Shown here in pieces: positions 1-12,990 of a stretch of 64,000 bases of DNA. The notes below the pieces were generated by a model. It did not search any database, was not told the DNA's origin, and saw only the letters and a program-made list of their open reading frames with translations. The position numbers and the translations under genes were made by a program. This DNA comes from Camelus dromedarius (taxonomy: Eukaryota), in NCBI RefSeq assembly GCF_036321535.1, contig NC_087436.1, positions 110,858,001 to 110,922,000 of the forward strand. Reading direction: 5' to 3'. How positions within the stretch are numbered: position 1 is the first letter of the stretch; every line of letters begins with the position of its first letter.

Positions 1-829
1 GAAATACCACTAAAACTCATCCCACAATTAGAATTATACCTTGTAAAATGCTTATCTCCCTTTTGAATAGATGGCCTTAGGAACAAATGAATATCTTGTC
101 TATTAATTAAATGCGTTATCTCCCATATTCCTACTTTGATAAGAGAACTTTAGAGAGGAGATTGCAGAATGCTCTCATATACTGATAAATCTAAATTAAT
201 TGCCTCATCACAGGAAACAGATCTAGGTATTGTTAAGGGCAGCTCAATAAAGATATTTGCAGAATGCATGATAGCAGACAAAAAGTACATAAATTAGACA
301 ATATTAATAAGTGAATAAATAATATGAAAAATGACATAAAGCTGTTAACATAAGCCTATGGGGCATCTTCACATTTATGTATAATGCATTCAGCTCATGT
401 CATTTTACCTCCAAGGACAGATACTTTTGGAGGTAACAGGAAATGCAAAGACCCAGTGAAAGGAAACAAGGTCACTAAAGGTCTGTGTATGTGGCAGGAA
501 TAAGGAGAATGTCCCTACAATATGAGATGAAAGTGATTTTGCCCATTTCATCCTGGGAGGAGACAGGCACAGAACTGCACGTCCCAGACCTCACAAATTC
601 ATACTAATGATGAGGAGATATCAGTACAAAGACTTAAATTGCCCCAAAGGGAAACAAGAGGTAGAAAAACCAACAACATACATGTGCTACGCACTTTCAT
701 TTGGGTCAGTCCAATTTTCTTTCTTTACTCAGCATGGATACCTAAGCCTCTGAACCCTTTAGCAAAGGTCCCCACATGTCTGCTCTGGGAGGAAAGGAGA
801 AAGATCATAGGAAGGTCACAATCAAAAAT

Positions 830-970
830 ACTAAGACTATGTGATTTTATGGCAAGTTACCTCACATTTCTGTGTCTCCATCTGTTCATTAAAATAAGCC
901 TGGTAATGCTAGTACCTATCTATAAGGTTCTTGTGAGGGCTTCAATACACACAAGGTGTTGACAACTCTG
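830..970 (+). mobile_element. MIR SINE fragment
   Basis: Degenerate MIR core 'ggcaagttacctcacatttctgtgtctcc...gtacctatctataaggttcttgtgagg'. Confidence 0.7.
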
Positions 971-1069
971 CTTGGAAGGTAGCATTAGCCATTAGCCATG
1001 GAATCTTTGCTCTTGGGCTTAAAACACAAGCTCTGTGGAGGGCTTCTTACATGGCTGGCACCATAAATT

Positions 1070-1225
1070 TTCACAATTCCCTACAGGCACTGTATTCCTC
1101 CATTTTGCAGATACAGAAGCAGAAGTACAGAGGCTTTAAGTAATTTGCCCAAAGTCACACTGCTAGTAAGTGCGTACAATTAGATATGAACCCAGGCGGT
1201 CTGGCTCTAGGATCTGAGCACTTAT
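1070..1225 (-). mobile_element. MIR SINE fragment
   Basis: Reverse MIR core 'ccattttgcagat...aagtaatttgcccaaagtcacactgctagtaagt...gaacccaggcggtctggct'. Confidence 0.8.
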
Positions 1226-1303
1226 CTTTACACTTCAGCCATCACTTGTAATTATTAGGTTCCTTTCCCCTGTCATCAAAGAAGACTGATACTTCTCCGT
1301 GCT

Positions 1304-1341
1304 TTTGGTTTGGTTTGGTTTGGTTTGGTTTGGTTTGGTTT
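1304..1341. repeat. (TTTGG)7 microsatellite
   Basis: Seven perfect TTTGG units read directly. Confidence 0.95.
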
Positions 1342-1379
1342 CGCTTTGTTGCTACCTGAGGATGGGGGAGGGAGAGTAT

Positions 1380-1505
1380 CTGAGAATAGAAGCCCCTGAA
1401 GGGCAAGGCCCACACCTGGCTTCATTGACTGCTGTTTTCCCCCAGGGCCCGGAACAGAACCTGACACACAGGAGGTGCCTGACATACCTGTATTAAATGT
1501 AAATG
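1380..1505 (+). mobile_element. L2 LINE 3' end
   Basis: 'gaagcccctgaagggcaagg...cagaacctgacacacaggaggtgc' resembles the L2 3' terminus. Confidence 0.65.
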
Positions 1506-2639
1506 GTCAATCAGTGTGTGCCCGCAGGAGCATAGGATGCATGTGAATACTAATCATTATGCAGGACAAAAATATGTGTTTCTTGGCAAGGTGGAAAATT
1601 TAAAACAGCTATTTTTGGAGGGTCTGCAAATCAGAGTTAGGAGTCATCTTAGCCAGTAAAGAGGGAAGGAGAAGATGGGTAGATGACCCCTAATGCCTCC
1701 AGCAGGAATCAGGCTGGGTGTAGCTTTCTGGAAGTTCGCAGGAAAGAGAGAAATGAAGTATCTGCTCTGTATCAGACACTCAGGACTAAACTACTTCAGA
1801 TCACAACTGCACTTAAATTCAGGAGCCCAGTGGATGCCCCAGGCAGGCACTGGTGTCAGATGAGGTGCCTTAGGGTAGGGGAAAGCAGCAGCTGGGGGGG
1901 GCTCCAGAATTCCCCTGTGGGAAGCACTTAGGAGAAGCACACTTATGTGGTACCAGAAAATGTGCCTTGAGTTTACATAAGACTTTAGTTCCTTTCTCAA
2001 ATTATATGTTGCTTTGGAATGGGTTTTGCAGATAGAAATCAATGCGGAAGGGACCTATCACAGCCCCTCCCTACTCCAAGTTTCCCTTGGCTCTGCTCTT
2101 AAAAAGCAGGCTCCTGATTACCAAGGAGAGTACATCTGCGGGGCAAAAAACGGGAGCAGTGTAAGGGAGCACTTGGCTAAAAAAAACAGTGCGAGTGGCA
2201 TCTGAGGGGAGGCTGGTGGAAAGTTCAATTCCAAATCTAGGAGACATTTTTGGACCCAGACACCTTCCAGCCATGACCACCATTTGCTGAGCCAGTCACC
2301 CTCTCATCACTGCCACCCTTTGCTGAGCACCAGGAACCTCAGGGGGCTCTCCCTACCTGGGTGACATCCACTGGGCTGGCTGTACCCTGCCTTGCTCAGC
2401 TGTTTGAGAAGGACTTCTCCAGTGAGAACCAGTGTCACTGGCCTGAGGAGAAACACATCCCCCTCAGCTCCCCTTTCTGCAGAGTGGCTGCAGGGAAGAC
2501 AGAAGCAAACGCTGGAACTGGATAAAGAGAGTTTCAGCGCTTTGTCTAACTCAACTTTTCACCTGCTTGCCTGTCCCTCTCCTAATCCCATTTGGTGTTT
2601 ACTCTTATATGAAAGAATATTTGTGAGAATAGGAGAAAA

Positions 2640-2843
2640 CTGGCATTTGTTTATGTTCCACTATGTGCAGGCATTTCATACATGCATCAACTCTATAAAG
2701 AGATATTATTATCCTATTTTTATAATTAAGGACCAGAGACATTATAAAATTGGCCCATAGCTACAAACTTGAAAGAAATGAAACTGAATTCAAACACCGT
2801 CCAGTTGAACTCAAAGTTCTTTCCATGATACTGTGTTGCCTCC
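2640..2843 (-). mobile_element. MIR SINE
   Basis: 'cactatgtgcaggcatt...tattatcctattttt...ctgaattcaaacacc...tttccatgatactgtgttgcctcc'. Confidence 0.6.
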
Positions 2844-2891
2844 AAGCACAGGCTGTGCTTACAGGTTCTGTCGGCCAACACCTACAGCACC

Positions 2892-3380
2892 TGTATTAAC
2901 TAGTCAGGGTCCCACACAGATAGGACACTCATTATTGGATGAGCTGGAAATGTTTATTTAACAAGACAACCATTTACAAAGTGTGGGTGTATGGAAACCA
3001 TAAGGGATAGTGCAGTAATGGCAGCTGAGCTTCTGGCACACCTAGGCCAAAGCGACGGGGTGGGGGTGTGACCACCAGAGTCTTCAGAAGGAGAAGGTCA
3101 TGAAGGTTATCCCCCAGGTTAAACCCCTCATAAGAGGCAGTGACCTTCAGTCCAGAGCACACTCAGTCTAAAGAGATCTTACAGAAAAGGTAAAACTATC
3201 CCAAACTCACTTCCCCCTTTCCCTCTCATCTCCTGCCAGAGGCCAATTAGTCAGCCTAACTGGAAGTTACAATCAGCCCTGCTAATGTAGCTCGTGTAAG
3301 TCAGCCTCCCAGGGTAGACAGCAGGGAGTGGAGAATGAATGGAGAGAGGATCAGAAGGAATAAATGGGAAATAATCAGCA
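2892..3380 (-). mobile_element. Ancient ERVL-class solo LTR (LTR33/LTR16-like)
   Basis: 'tagtcagggtccc...ccatttacaaagtgtggg...ggccaattagtcagcc...gtcagcctcccaggg'; similar to the copies at 15.8 kb and 54.6 kb. Confidence 0.55.
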
Positions 3381-4319
3381 CTGCACTACTTAAAAAAAAA
3401 AAATAGGGGGAGGACAAAATCATGAAAGACATCACCTGCCTTCTTCCTGGCTTCCCCTAAAACCACCCAACTCATCAAGATCACTGGGTATTCCGGTTTC
3501 CAAGCCCGTTGGAGAAAAATGTGGCTGTCTATTGAACACAGGAGCTACTCAATTTAGCTCGTGCTTTTCTGGCATGTGTAAGGATGGGCTCCAGTCTGAG
3601 GCCACAATGGTCCATGTGACCATCAGGCCACGATAATATGAGATGATCCATGATCCACATGATGACCATGTTGTAATAACATGGGATGCGGAGCTGAACG
3701 GTAAAAGAGAAAAACTCACAGTGGGTATGGATACTGCCCAATAATTGCTCCCACTTACATTCGTGCTCAGCCTCCACTCCATGGTGGGTGGTCCAGCCCA
3801 GGAAATAGCAATCTCAAGTGTATGTGAAAATGCTGATCCTGAGCAAGGAAGAAAATAGCCCTGGGGCAGACACTTGGAAATGTCAAGATAGATTCAAATT
3901 GTTAACCTTCTTACTTGTGCATTTTAAAGAAAGTGTTTTTGTCAAGCCATTTAAATGCTATCTACCTGCCTCCCTGAAAATGCATTCTAAAAATTCATCT
4001 TGTCTCCACTAAAAAAGCTTTTTCTCTTCTGAGCCCAAATCTGCAGTTCTTTCCTAAGTGCCTCTTGATCTTTCCTTTCAGGAATGACAAAGACAGCCTG
4101 CATAGCTGGCCACTGTTTGCAACTTTGTTTTCTTATTCTTTTGTCACTCCATTCACTGAAAGTTTTATTGATCACCTAGTAGACATGACAACAACAATCA
4201 CGTTGGGCTTTACAATGTTCTTATATTTCACCTTGATTTATATTCACAACAAACCTTATGAAGTCAGCTTGGAGGGCTCTCAAAAGGGTAAACTTCCTGT
4301 GTATAGTGACATGACACAG

Positions 4320-4940
4320 AACAGCTCACTGTGGCCTCCAAGGCATATGTGGCCCCCTGGGCCTCACCTTCTAGCCCCATCTCAGACCACTTACCCCACT
4401 ACTCACTGAGCTCCAGTCACATAGGCCTCCCTTCTGCTCCTCAAACACATGAAATAATTCTGTCCAGCCATTCCATTTTCCTAGGACATTCTTCCTCTTA
4501 TCTTCATGTGGTTGACTCCTTGCAGCCTGGGGCTTAATTCAAAGGCCACCTCCACAGAGAGGCCTCCCACAGCTACCCAATCCCAAGAGGCTCCCCGGTC
4601 CCATCATAGTTACAGCATTCTGCGTGTGCTTCTTCACTGTACTCATCATTATCTGGTATTACCTTATGCATTTACTTACCTGTCTCTTATCTACCTTTTC
4701 TTTCATCCCCTGGAATATAACCTCCATAAGAGAAGGGCCCTTCTCTATCTAGCTTACTCCTGTCTCCCAGCACCTAGAGTATATTACATACTTGTTACAA
4801 TTTCTAATTGCATATTTAGGTAATTTAAAAAATACACCTATTCACCTCTAACCTGTAAGTTCTGTAAGAGAAGAAATCAGGTCTATTTTGTTTACTGCTA
4901 TGCAACACAGATTAGGGACTTAGCAAATATCTTATTAAAG
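4320..4940 (+). mobile_element. L2 LINE 3' region, apparently with two 3' tails
   Basis: 'ctccagtcacataggcctcc...gaatataacctccataag...cccagcacctagag', followed by a second tail-like segment. Confidence 0.75.
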
Positions 4941-4973
4941 GAAAGAAGGAAGAAAGGAAAGAAGGAAGGAAGG

Positions 4974-5591
4974 TGATACAGGAAAATGAGGCAAAAGAGG
5001 GTGGCTGTGCCCCAGGTCTCAGGCGAGTCTCTGGGACACGCCCCACCAAGTGAGGGGCCTTTCCTTTGTGCTTGAAAGAATTCAAGAGCGAGCCAAAGTT
5101 GAGTAAAAGTAGATTTATTCAGAGATGCACACTCCATAGACAACCAAGTGTAGGCCATCTCAGAAGGCTGGAGAAGTCACAAAGTGTGGGGGAGTGGGGT
5201 GGGGGGTGGAGAGTGTTTAGTTTATAAAGTAAAAGTAGATACATACTCCATAGACAAAGACTGGGCTGTCTCAGAAGGCAAGAGAGACCGACCATGACGT
5301 GTGGGGTTGCTGGTTTTTATGGGCTTGGTAACTTCATATGCTAACAAGTGGGAGGGTTATTCCAACTGCTTTGGGGAAGAGGTGGGGATTCCCAGGAACT
5401 GGGACACTGCCCACTTTTTGACCTTTTATGGTCAGCCTCGGAACTGTCATGGTGCCTGTGGGAGTGCCATTTGGCATGCTAATATATTACAGTGAGTGTC
5501 TAATGAGGCTCAAGGTCTACTGGGAGTGGAATCTTCAATTGCTGTGTCATTCCTTTAATGGCTGTGCCCTGCCCCCTTCCCTCCTGTCTCA
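4974..5591 (-). mobile_element. ERV1-type solo LTR, relatively young
   Basis: TG (4974) ... CA (5591) termini; minus-strand AATAAA (tttatt 5114-5119); higher GC/CpG than flanks; splits a GGAA purine tract. Confidence 0.75.
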
Positions 5592-5669
5592 GAGAGAGGG
5601 AGGGAAGGAGGAAGGAAGAAAGGAAGGGAGGGTGGGAAGAAGTGAATGGAGGAAGGAGCTCATTTTATG

Positions 5670-5890
5670 TTGCCTTTAATATGGACCAGGCACTTTGCTA
5701 AGCCATTTATATTCTTGTCTTATTTGGTCCTCAATTACCTGCAAGTAAATATGCTGTCCCTATTTTTGCAAATGAAAAAAACTGAGGCAAGGGGCGATCA
5801 CATAACTTGAACAGTTCTCACAGGAAGCAAGTGCAGAACAAAGCTTCATGCTCCAGGTCACGCTCTTTCCAACCACATCACACTACATCT
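5670..5890 (-). mobile_element. MIR SINE
   Basis: 'ccaggcactttgctaagc...aaactgaggc...acataacttg'. Confidence 0.7.
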
Positions 5891-5934
5891 GAGCACACTT
5901 ATACTTCATACGCCGAAGTGGAAGAGAGAGGAGA

Positions 5935-6030
5935 GGAAGCTACAAGAACATGACTTTAGTTCAATATAAGAAAGAAACTTCTCTTGGTAAGAGCTGCCCT
6001 GGCTAGAAGGAGCTGCCTCAGGAAACAACA
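5935..6030 (+). mobile_element. CR1/L3 LINE 3' fragment
   Basis: 'gactttagttcaatataagaaagaaacttctc...agagctgccc...gagctgcctc' resembles the L3 3' region. Confidence 0.5.
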
Positions 6031-6434
6031 AACAGGTCACCAGGACTACAGGCAAGCTGGTGAGGGTCAGAACCCACACAAAGAAGATGGTTAAATGGGA
6101 AGATGGGCAGATCAGGAAATTAGTTCTGATTCCATACAAAGGGAATGAGCAAGTACATAAACATACTGCGGCTAATGCATATCCACGGTTTTTCACCATC
6201 AGAAAAGAGAGTTACAAAAATGAAAAGGGGGAAAGCTGAAAGGAATCCTGTGGTTTTGAGTACATCTGGCACATGGATCTTAATATCTAAATACCATTCT
6301 CCACTAAAAGGGACCAGAGTTTTTTGTACTATTCTTGTCATATTTTGGGAAGTGTGAATATATTTCTAAAGAGTAAAGAAAAAGAAAAAAGGTAACAAGT
6401 TGAATTCTCAGGGGATATGAAAGCATGTGGTAGT

Positions 6435-6599
6435 CCTGTGTTTTGCAAACTTTAAAATGCATACACATCACCTGGGGACCTTGTTAAAATGCAGATTCTG
6501 ATTCAGGATGTCTTTGGTCAGTCCGAGATTCTGAATTTCTAACAAGCTCCCAGGTAGAGTTGATGCTCTGGTCCACAGACCAAACTTTAAAAAGCAAGG
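6435..6599 (+). mobile_element. MER5A/MER5A1 hAT-Charlie MITE
   Basis: 'caaactttaaaatgcatacacatcacctggggaccttgttaaaatgcagattctgattcag...aacaagctcccagg...ggtccacagaccaaacttt'. Confidence 0.85.
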
Positions 6600-6779
6600 A
6601 GTAAGACAATCACACTGATTATTAATAACAACCTAATTACCATTTAATATTGTCAGGCATTTTACTAGGTATTGAATGTACATACTCTCTGAGCCTTATC
6701 CACCATTGATAGATGTGGCCTGGAAGACACTGGAAAAGCAAATAACTTGCCCAAGCCAGGGAGATAGTAGCTGCGTGCA

Positions 6780-6955
6780 CTGAGCATGGAGGTCAGAGAG
6801 ATACTGGTTATAATTCCAAATCAACTACTTACTCAGTGGGTAGCCCTGGCAAGTTATTTAATCTTTCTGTGCTTCACTTTTCTCCTATTGGATTGCTATG
6901 AGAAATAAGTGAAATATGATTACTTAATGCAGGGCCTAAAGTGTATAGCAACTGT
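6780..6955 (+). mobile_element. MIR SINE
   Basis: 'ggcaagttatttaatctttctgtgcttcacttttctc'. Confidence 0.7.
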
Positions 6956-8248
6956 TACCAAGTGGAACTCATGCTCCAAAGGCTGTGTCCTTCCCACCAC
7001 ACTGTGCAAAGAATACTGATTCCAGGATATATTCTTTGAGATTTCTCCCTCCCAACCAGGAGGTTCTGTCATCACAGAATGAAGGTGTTCTGTAGGATGT
7101 ACAGCCAAAGGGAGAGCCTCCCCGCCAAAAATATATGTACCCAGATTTACCAAGGAGAAGAAAGAGGCTTTTTAGATGAAAGAAAGAACATCAGCCAAGA
7201 TACACTGCCCAGAATCAGGTAGACAGGTGCTTTTGGTGCTAAGGAGACCAGCCTGGTTAGAGCAAAGGGATCATGTAGCCAAAAAGAGGCCAGCAATGTA
7301 CATGGAACAGTAGGTCCGGTGCAGCCAGTTGCTAGAATGTTTCAAAGGCAAGTCTGCAGAGCTTAGCTTGCTCCCTTCTGTAGGTGGCCCCGACAGTCTT
7401 GTTGCAAGACAAATCTCTGCTTATTGAACAAATCCTCTTAAACTGTCTGAACATCAACAGACTGCAGCTTTCAAATCCAGATTACAAATTGTAGCACTCA
7501 CTGGGTGTATCTTTGGTGACTGAATTAATCTGTGAGCACAGCTTCCTTTACGAACAACAGAATATTGCTAACTTAAGGACAGACACATCACCACGCAGGA
7601 AAAGGCTAGTTCATTAAACACACCTGGCCCCTTTAAGTTGCTCGACTTCTGGTAGCTTCAACTTCATGGGTTTTAATTACCCACTTGTCCAATTCACAAC
7701 AGAATCCATTCTCTTTCAAGACATCCACATTCATTTTTGCACCCCTCAGGACAGGGTGATTTATTGCCTGCAGTGATGGATATGGATATCCCTTATTTAT
7801 TGCTCTTTGAGTAAAACACTTCCCATCCCACTCATATTTCTTCAAGATTACTTAATTTGTACATGCCATCTTTTTACTTTGGAAAATCTTACTATCACTT
7901 ACCCAGATTTAAATCTCTGTGTCTGCAATCCGTTAGGAATTACATCTCCCCACCTGCTCTCCTTGTATGTAAATTGGCTGAACGTGGAGGAAAAAAATCA
8001 CTCTTTGTTGCTCTGATTCATTCTTCAGTGAACATACCCCAAGAACACTTGCTCCTAAACTATTTCTGTTTGCCAACCAGCAGCAAGCCAGCAGCCCACC
8101 CACCCACCTGATGGTTGGGGAAAGATGACAGAAGGGAGAGGAAAAGAAACCGGGGAGGGAAGAGAGAGAATCCAATGACCAATATCCTGGCCCTATTCCA
8201 ACCTGGATAATTAGTCTGCCTCTATTTCGAACACTTTTCCCATTTTCA

Positions 8249-8292
8249 GCATGTACGTGTGTGCGCGCGCGCACGCACGCACGCACATGTGT
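8249..8292. repeat. Alternating purine-pyrimidine tract (TG/CG/CACG)
   Basis: gcatgtacgtgtgtgcgcgcgcgcacgcacgcacgcacatgtgt. Confidence 0.9.
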
Positions 8293-11200
8293 TGAGTAGG
8301 GGGAGGGGAACTCCATGATAAGTTATTTTTTTTCTGTTTCTTCTCAGCTTTGGTTCTTTAGAAAGAACCTTAAAATTATAAATATAATCCTGGGGAGAGC
8401 AGTAAATGCCTCAGGGTTATACCTCAAAAGGGTTGAGATATATAAGTAACCACACAGAATTTCTAAAGGTCTCAGGAAGCTTTTGCAATTTCATTAAGTA
8501 GCCTTCAAAAGCGCAGGAAAGGAACATTAAAATAAACAACCCTGTTATAGGGAACAATGTAAGAAGGCAAGGAAGAAGCCTTGCCCCCTATTGATGACTC
8601 CAGACTGACTCATCCACTTTTTGTCCTTGGCCTGTCCCTGATTAGCTCTTCCAAAAACCGTCTCTCCAGGTGACATCCGGGGCACAGATGGGACTTGGGA
8701 GGATGGAAATATGAATTCTGTAGCACAGCCAGCTCCCACTCTTAGACAGCTTGGGCTTTAGCCATTTGATAAAGACTGCAGATTTCATTTGAGAGGAAGG
8801 GGAGAATTAAATCTTAATACACAACCAAGCAGTTTAGAACAACTCCCTAAACCCAGTGCCTCTGGAAGGCATCCCCTCCATACACCTAATGGCAGAAAAG
8901 CACCAACAAGTACCCTCAAGGGCTATGGAGAGAGGCTTAAGTAGTCCTCTACAAACGAAGGGAAATACATATAGAGTTGGTAGTCTACCTGTGGCTCTGT
9001 CTGCTGCCTTTATCCTTGTGCTCTCCATATTGTGCGGCACATCTCTGGGAGCCCAAAAGGTACCAGTGTTCTTTTTGGAGAAAGTCATCCCTTTTCCATG
9101 TCTGGCTATCTCCTGACTCTCTCCCCCTTTTACATGTGAAGGGATAAAATTCTGAGGTTTCTCTTTCCTTCAGTATTCCCATTGTCCTATGATCCACCAG
9201 CTTTTGAATATGGAATTTCATCATTTTTCAGTGAGGAAAAATACAGATAAGAGCCAGGGAGGCCAATGAGTCTTAATGTATTGTTGGTTTTGTTTTTTTC
9301 TTTTTTTTTTTAATTCAGAACTTAGAAAATAGTTTTGAAAGCTAAAGTTGTCTAAGCTAGACTTTACATAAAGAAAATGGGGTTTGACTTTTAGAAAGCT
9401 AATGGCTTAGAAGACTTAAAGAAGAAAGTTCATAACATCAACTACAGAAAAAAAGAGAATAAATTATATTGTGTGAGCCTTTTTCCCCTCAATAAAAGAC
9501 ATCAGAATACAAAAAGCTATTAGAAGAAAATTAGAAGGAATAAGACCTGGTTGTAGGTAGTGGATACCTAAGGGATCCTTCTGCCAACCTCTAGCCCCAG
9601 GGAAAGTGGATAAAACCCCACCTAGGTCTGGGTGCTTGCTGAGCAGAGGTGATCTGTAAGTCCCTTCCAAATGAAGCCCTCTTCCTAAACCATCACATAC
9701 TCCAACGTCAAAGATCTACTACCAACTCAAAGTAGAGTTGAAAGGCCATGTTTAGGCAAAGAAAACTTAAGTAGCTCCAATTCTGCCCTCACTTAAAAGC
9801 CTTCAAGAACCCAAAACACTGTAGGACAGAGATGTCAGAGCAACACAACTAGACATGTTCCATATTTATAAATGTGTCTGAGGTCCCGCAGCATGCTGTC
9901 CATCAGTGATGCTGCTGAACCACAAAATGCACACACAGAAACTGATCAACCCAGGTAGGGAAGGGGGACAGGAAATGAGCTGTAGTAAGAAACTATCACG
10001 GTCTTGAGTAATCAGGTAATAGAATTAGTGACACTTTAAAAAACAAGTCTAGGTTTAAGTAAATCAAGAATTCAATTAAGTGAGTCAATGATACCACAGT
10101 TGAGCACTGTGGAACATTCTGCCCACAGTCTGACATCTTTAGAACATCAAATATATTCTGAAGGTGCATCTGCAGTGCCCTGTTATGGTATCAAAGAAAT
10201 GATATCACATTTTCACTCCACTTGTGGAGAGATTAGACTGTATTAAATAAAGTATTCTGATACATTTCTGCTTATTTTCACGAATGACTGGTTGTTATTT
10301 TGGGAAGTACTTATCTATCCAAATACTTCCATTTCTTCTTAGGAAGTTTTTAATTTTAAGAAATATCCATTTGTTGAATAAAGTTTTATTAAGCATCTAT
10401 TATAAGCTAAACACTATTTTAGAGTTAAGAATATTGGGGCCAGTGCCCAGTACCATGCTGGTTACATAGGAGACACTTGGTATTTATTGAATAATTGCAT
10501 ACAAGGTGGATAGCATGCATCATTGAGAAACTTGAGAGTTTCTAGGTTTCCCATGACCCCAAGAAGGATCCAGAAGTGCTGAGAACTGGCAAATTGACCT
10601 AGGAAGTTTGTCCAGTGGACAAGAAGGATGCAAAATGGTCTACAAGGACCTAGAGACCAGAAATATAGGGTACTGTAGATAATTTAGCAGCAACAGATAG
10701 CTGAGTCCTAAAGAGACTGACTAAGAACAAATGTACAAATACAGGAGCTTCAGATACCAACATAGAAATGACAGAAACACAGGATAAGAAATAAAGGCTG
10801 CCTCCACCAACACCTGAGCCCTCCAGAACTAAGGCATCCCTGAAAAGAATAGGAAAAGAAATGGGGTTAAAAGATATGTTTAGCTCAGTTACCAGAGAAA
10901 CAGAAAATTTCATATTTGCACATTTGACCATGAAATTACCCACTACATGTGAATAAAAGAACTGGGACTTCCTTGGTACACACAGTTGGAAAGGAACAAA
11001 GCATACTTCCAGCCCCAGGCTATGTGACTCCAGGAAAAATCATTCTTTCCACTCCACCATGCAATTTCTCTAAAAGACTGGGTCTCAGTCTGTCAAAGGA
11101 TTTCTTAAATGTGTTATTCTCATTTTTAAATCTCAAAAAAAAAAAAAAAAGGAGTGTGTTTTTCCGGTGAATAAACCTCATAATGCCTTGTATTAAACTA

Positions 11201-11352
11201 CTCTCCCAACTTTTAGCATCATTTAATCACCCAACCGCAATATACCAATGTAGGTCTGAAAGTTTTGACTCAGCTCAATAGGTATGTATTCAACAGCTGG
11301 CATCTATGACCGCCAGTCCTGTGTGCTAGATGCTTTACATATGCTGTCTAGT

Positions 11353-11512
11353 TCCCTGCTTCTCAAACTCTTCAAACCTGCATCTTGCCCTGGGACCTCA
11401 CTGGAAATGCAAACTCTCTGAACACACTCCAACCTACCAAACCGGAATCCAAATTTTCACAAGATTACCTGGTGAGTTAGTTGTATGCACTTTAAAGTTT
11501 GAGAAGCATTGC
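11353..11512 (-). mobile_element. MER5-family hAT-Charlie MITE
   Basis: Inverted termini 'tgcttctcaaact' ... 'agtttgagaagca' with MER5-like interior. Confidence 0.75.
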
Positions 11513-11624
11513 TCTTGTTGACTCTAAGAATTACATCAGGTACTTATAGAATCACTTATAACCACAATTTTGAATGTAAAATATAATGTATTCAAACTCA
11601 TTTTTGGTATATTTTTTAATGTAT

Positions 11625-12020
11625 TTTGTGTTTGTCAGAACTTGCACCATTGAAAGTGGCAACTCAAACCTACTTAAATTAAAAAGAGAAATGTATTTGA
11701 AGTTTCAGATAGCCAAGGGAAAAGTGAGCCCTAAGCCAGGATATGGAGAACTTGGAATGGAACCAGAGATAAAATGCCACTAGACCCACTCATCTTTTCT
11801 ATTGTCTTGATGTGCCTGCTTCATTCTCTCCAACAAGGTACCACCACAAATCAAAGAACATAGTTACCAGCAGATCTCAGCCCCTTCATCTATCTGTAGG
11901 TTTTGCCATCCAAGAGGGTATAAATCCTTTTCTCAAACTCCAGCCCAAGAAACATCTATGAAAATTCTCTATTTGGCCCAGCTTAAGTCAACTGACCATC
12001 CTGGGATCATCAAATGTGCT
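11625..12020 (-). mobile_element. Old MaLR LTR (MLT1K/L-like)
   Basis: 'aactcaaacctacttaaattaaaaagagaaatgtattt...ttggcccagcttaagtca'. Confidence 0.5.
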
Positions 12021-12539
12021 AAAAAAAAATCAACTTGGCACTGGGAAATTGAGGATGGGGGGAACCTCCATAAAAATATGGCAATTCTAACTCAAACTCC
12101 ATAGTTGATGTGGACTAAAGAACGTTTCTCAGATGAAAGGAGAGCATGTCTACTGCATGGTTCACACTCTTGTCATGTTCCTCCCTGTACCCCTCAATCT
12201 TCTGTACTGAATATATAATTGCAAGTACACAAGCATTATGCAAGTTCAGGGCAAGGCCAAGGATATAGATGTTAAAACACAGCACAAGAAAACAAAAATA
12301 AAACATGACTCTTCTTAAAGCTTGTTAGGGCAAAAACTCATCATAATATTCCTGATTGAAAGGTGCAATGGGTTGGAGAGCCACATACATCCTTGGTACT
12401 AAAAAAGATAATAGGCATCAATTATGTGTGTTTCCTTTAACCAAGGGGACCTGCAAACAAATGTTCTCCTTCTGCATTTACTGACATGTCTTTTCCTAGT
12501 TAAAATTTTGGTTATTAAACTATAGCTGCAGAAGTCCCT

Positions 12540-12990
12540 TCACTAACCCCAGTCTAGTCTGACAGGACTTCTTGTTATTTCTCAAATACATCAAGGCCTC
12601 TAGGAAATTGCACTTGCTCTTCTTGCTGCCTGGAATGGTATCCCTCTAGAACTTCCACAGCTCACTCCTTCTCTCCATTTAAGCCTTAGATTAAAGGTTA
12701 CCTCCTTGGAGAGATCTTCCTTGAACACCTTACCTAAAGCAACTGCACACATTACGTGTACACACAATACTCTACATCCTTTAACCTACTTTAGTCTTTT
12801 TCACAGCACTTACAACTATCTGACATTACATATTTATTCATTCACGTACCTGTGTCCTGTCTGCTTCCCCACTAGAGTGTTAGCACTACAAGCATAGGGA
12901 CTTCTACTGTCCCTTCCCCTCTGTATTCCCCACACATAGGACAGTCCCTGATACCTAGTCATTGCCTGGTAAATTTTGCATAGTGAACAA
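12540..12990 (+). mobile_element. L2 LINE 3' region
   Basis: 'ctcactccttctctccatttaag...ctgcttccccactagagtgttagc...gtattcccc'. Confidence 0.75.

Noticed and set aside
830..1225. Inverted MIR pair as a structured RNA or miRNA hairpin
   Set aside because: The copies are too diverged for stable pairing, and such pairs are common.
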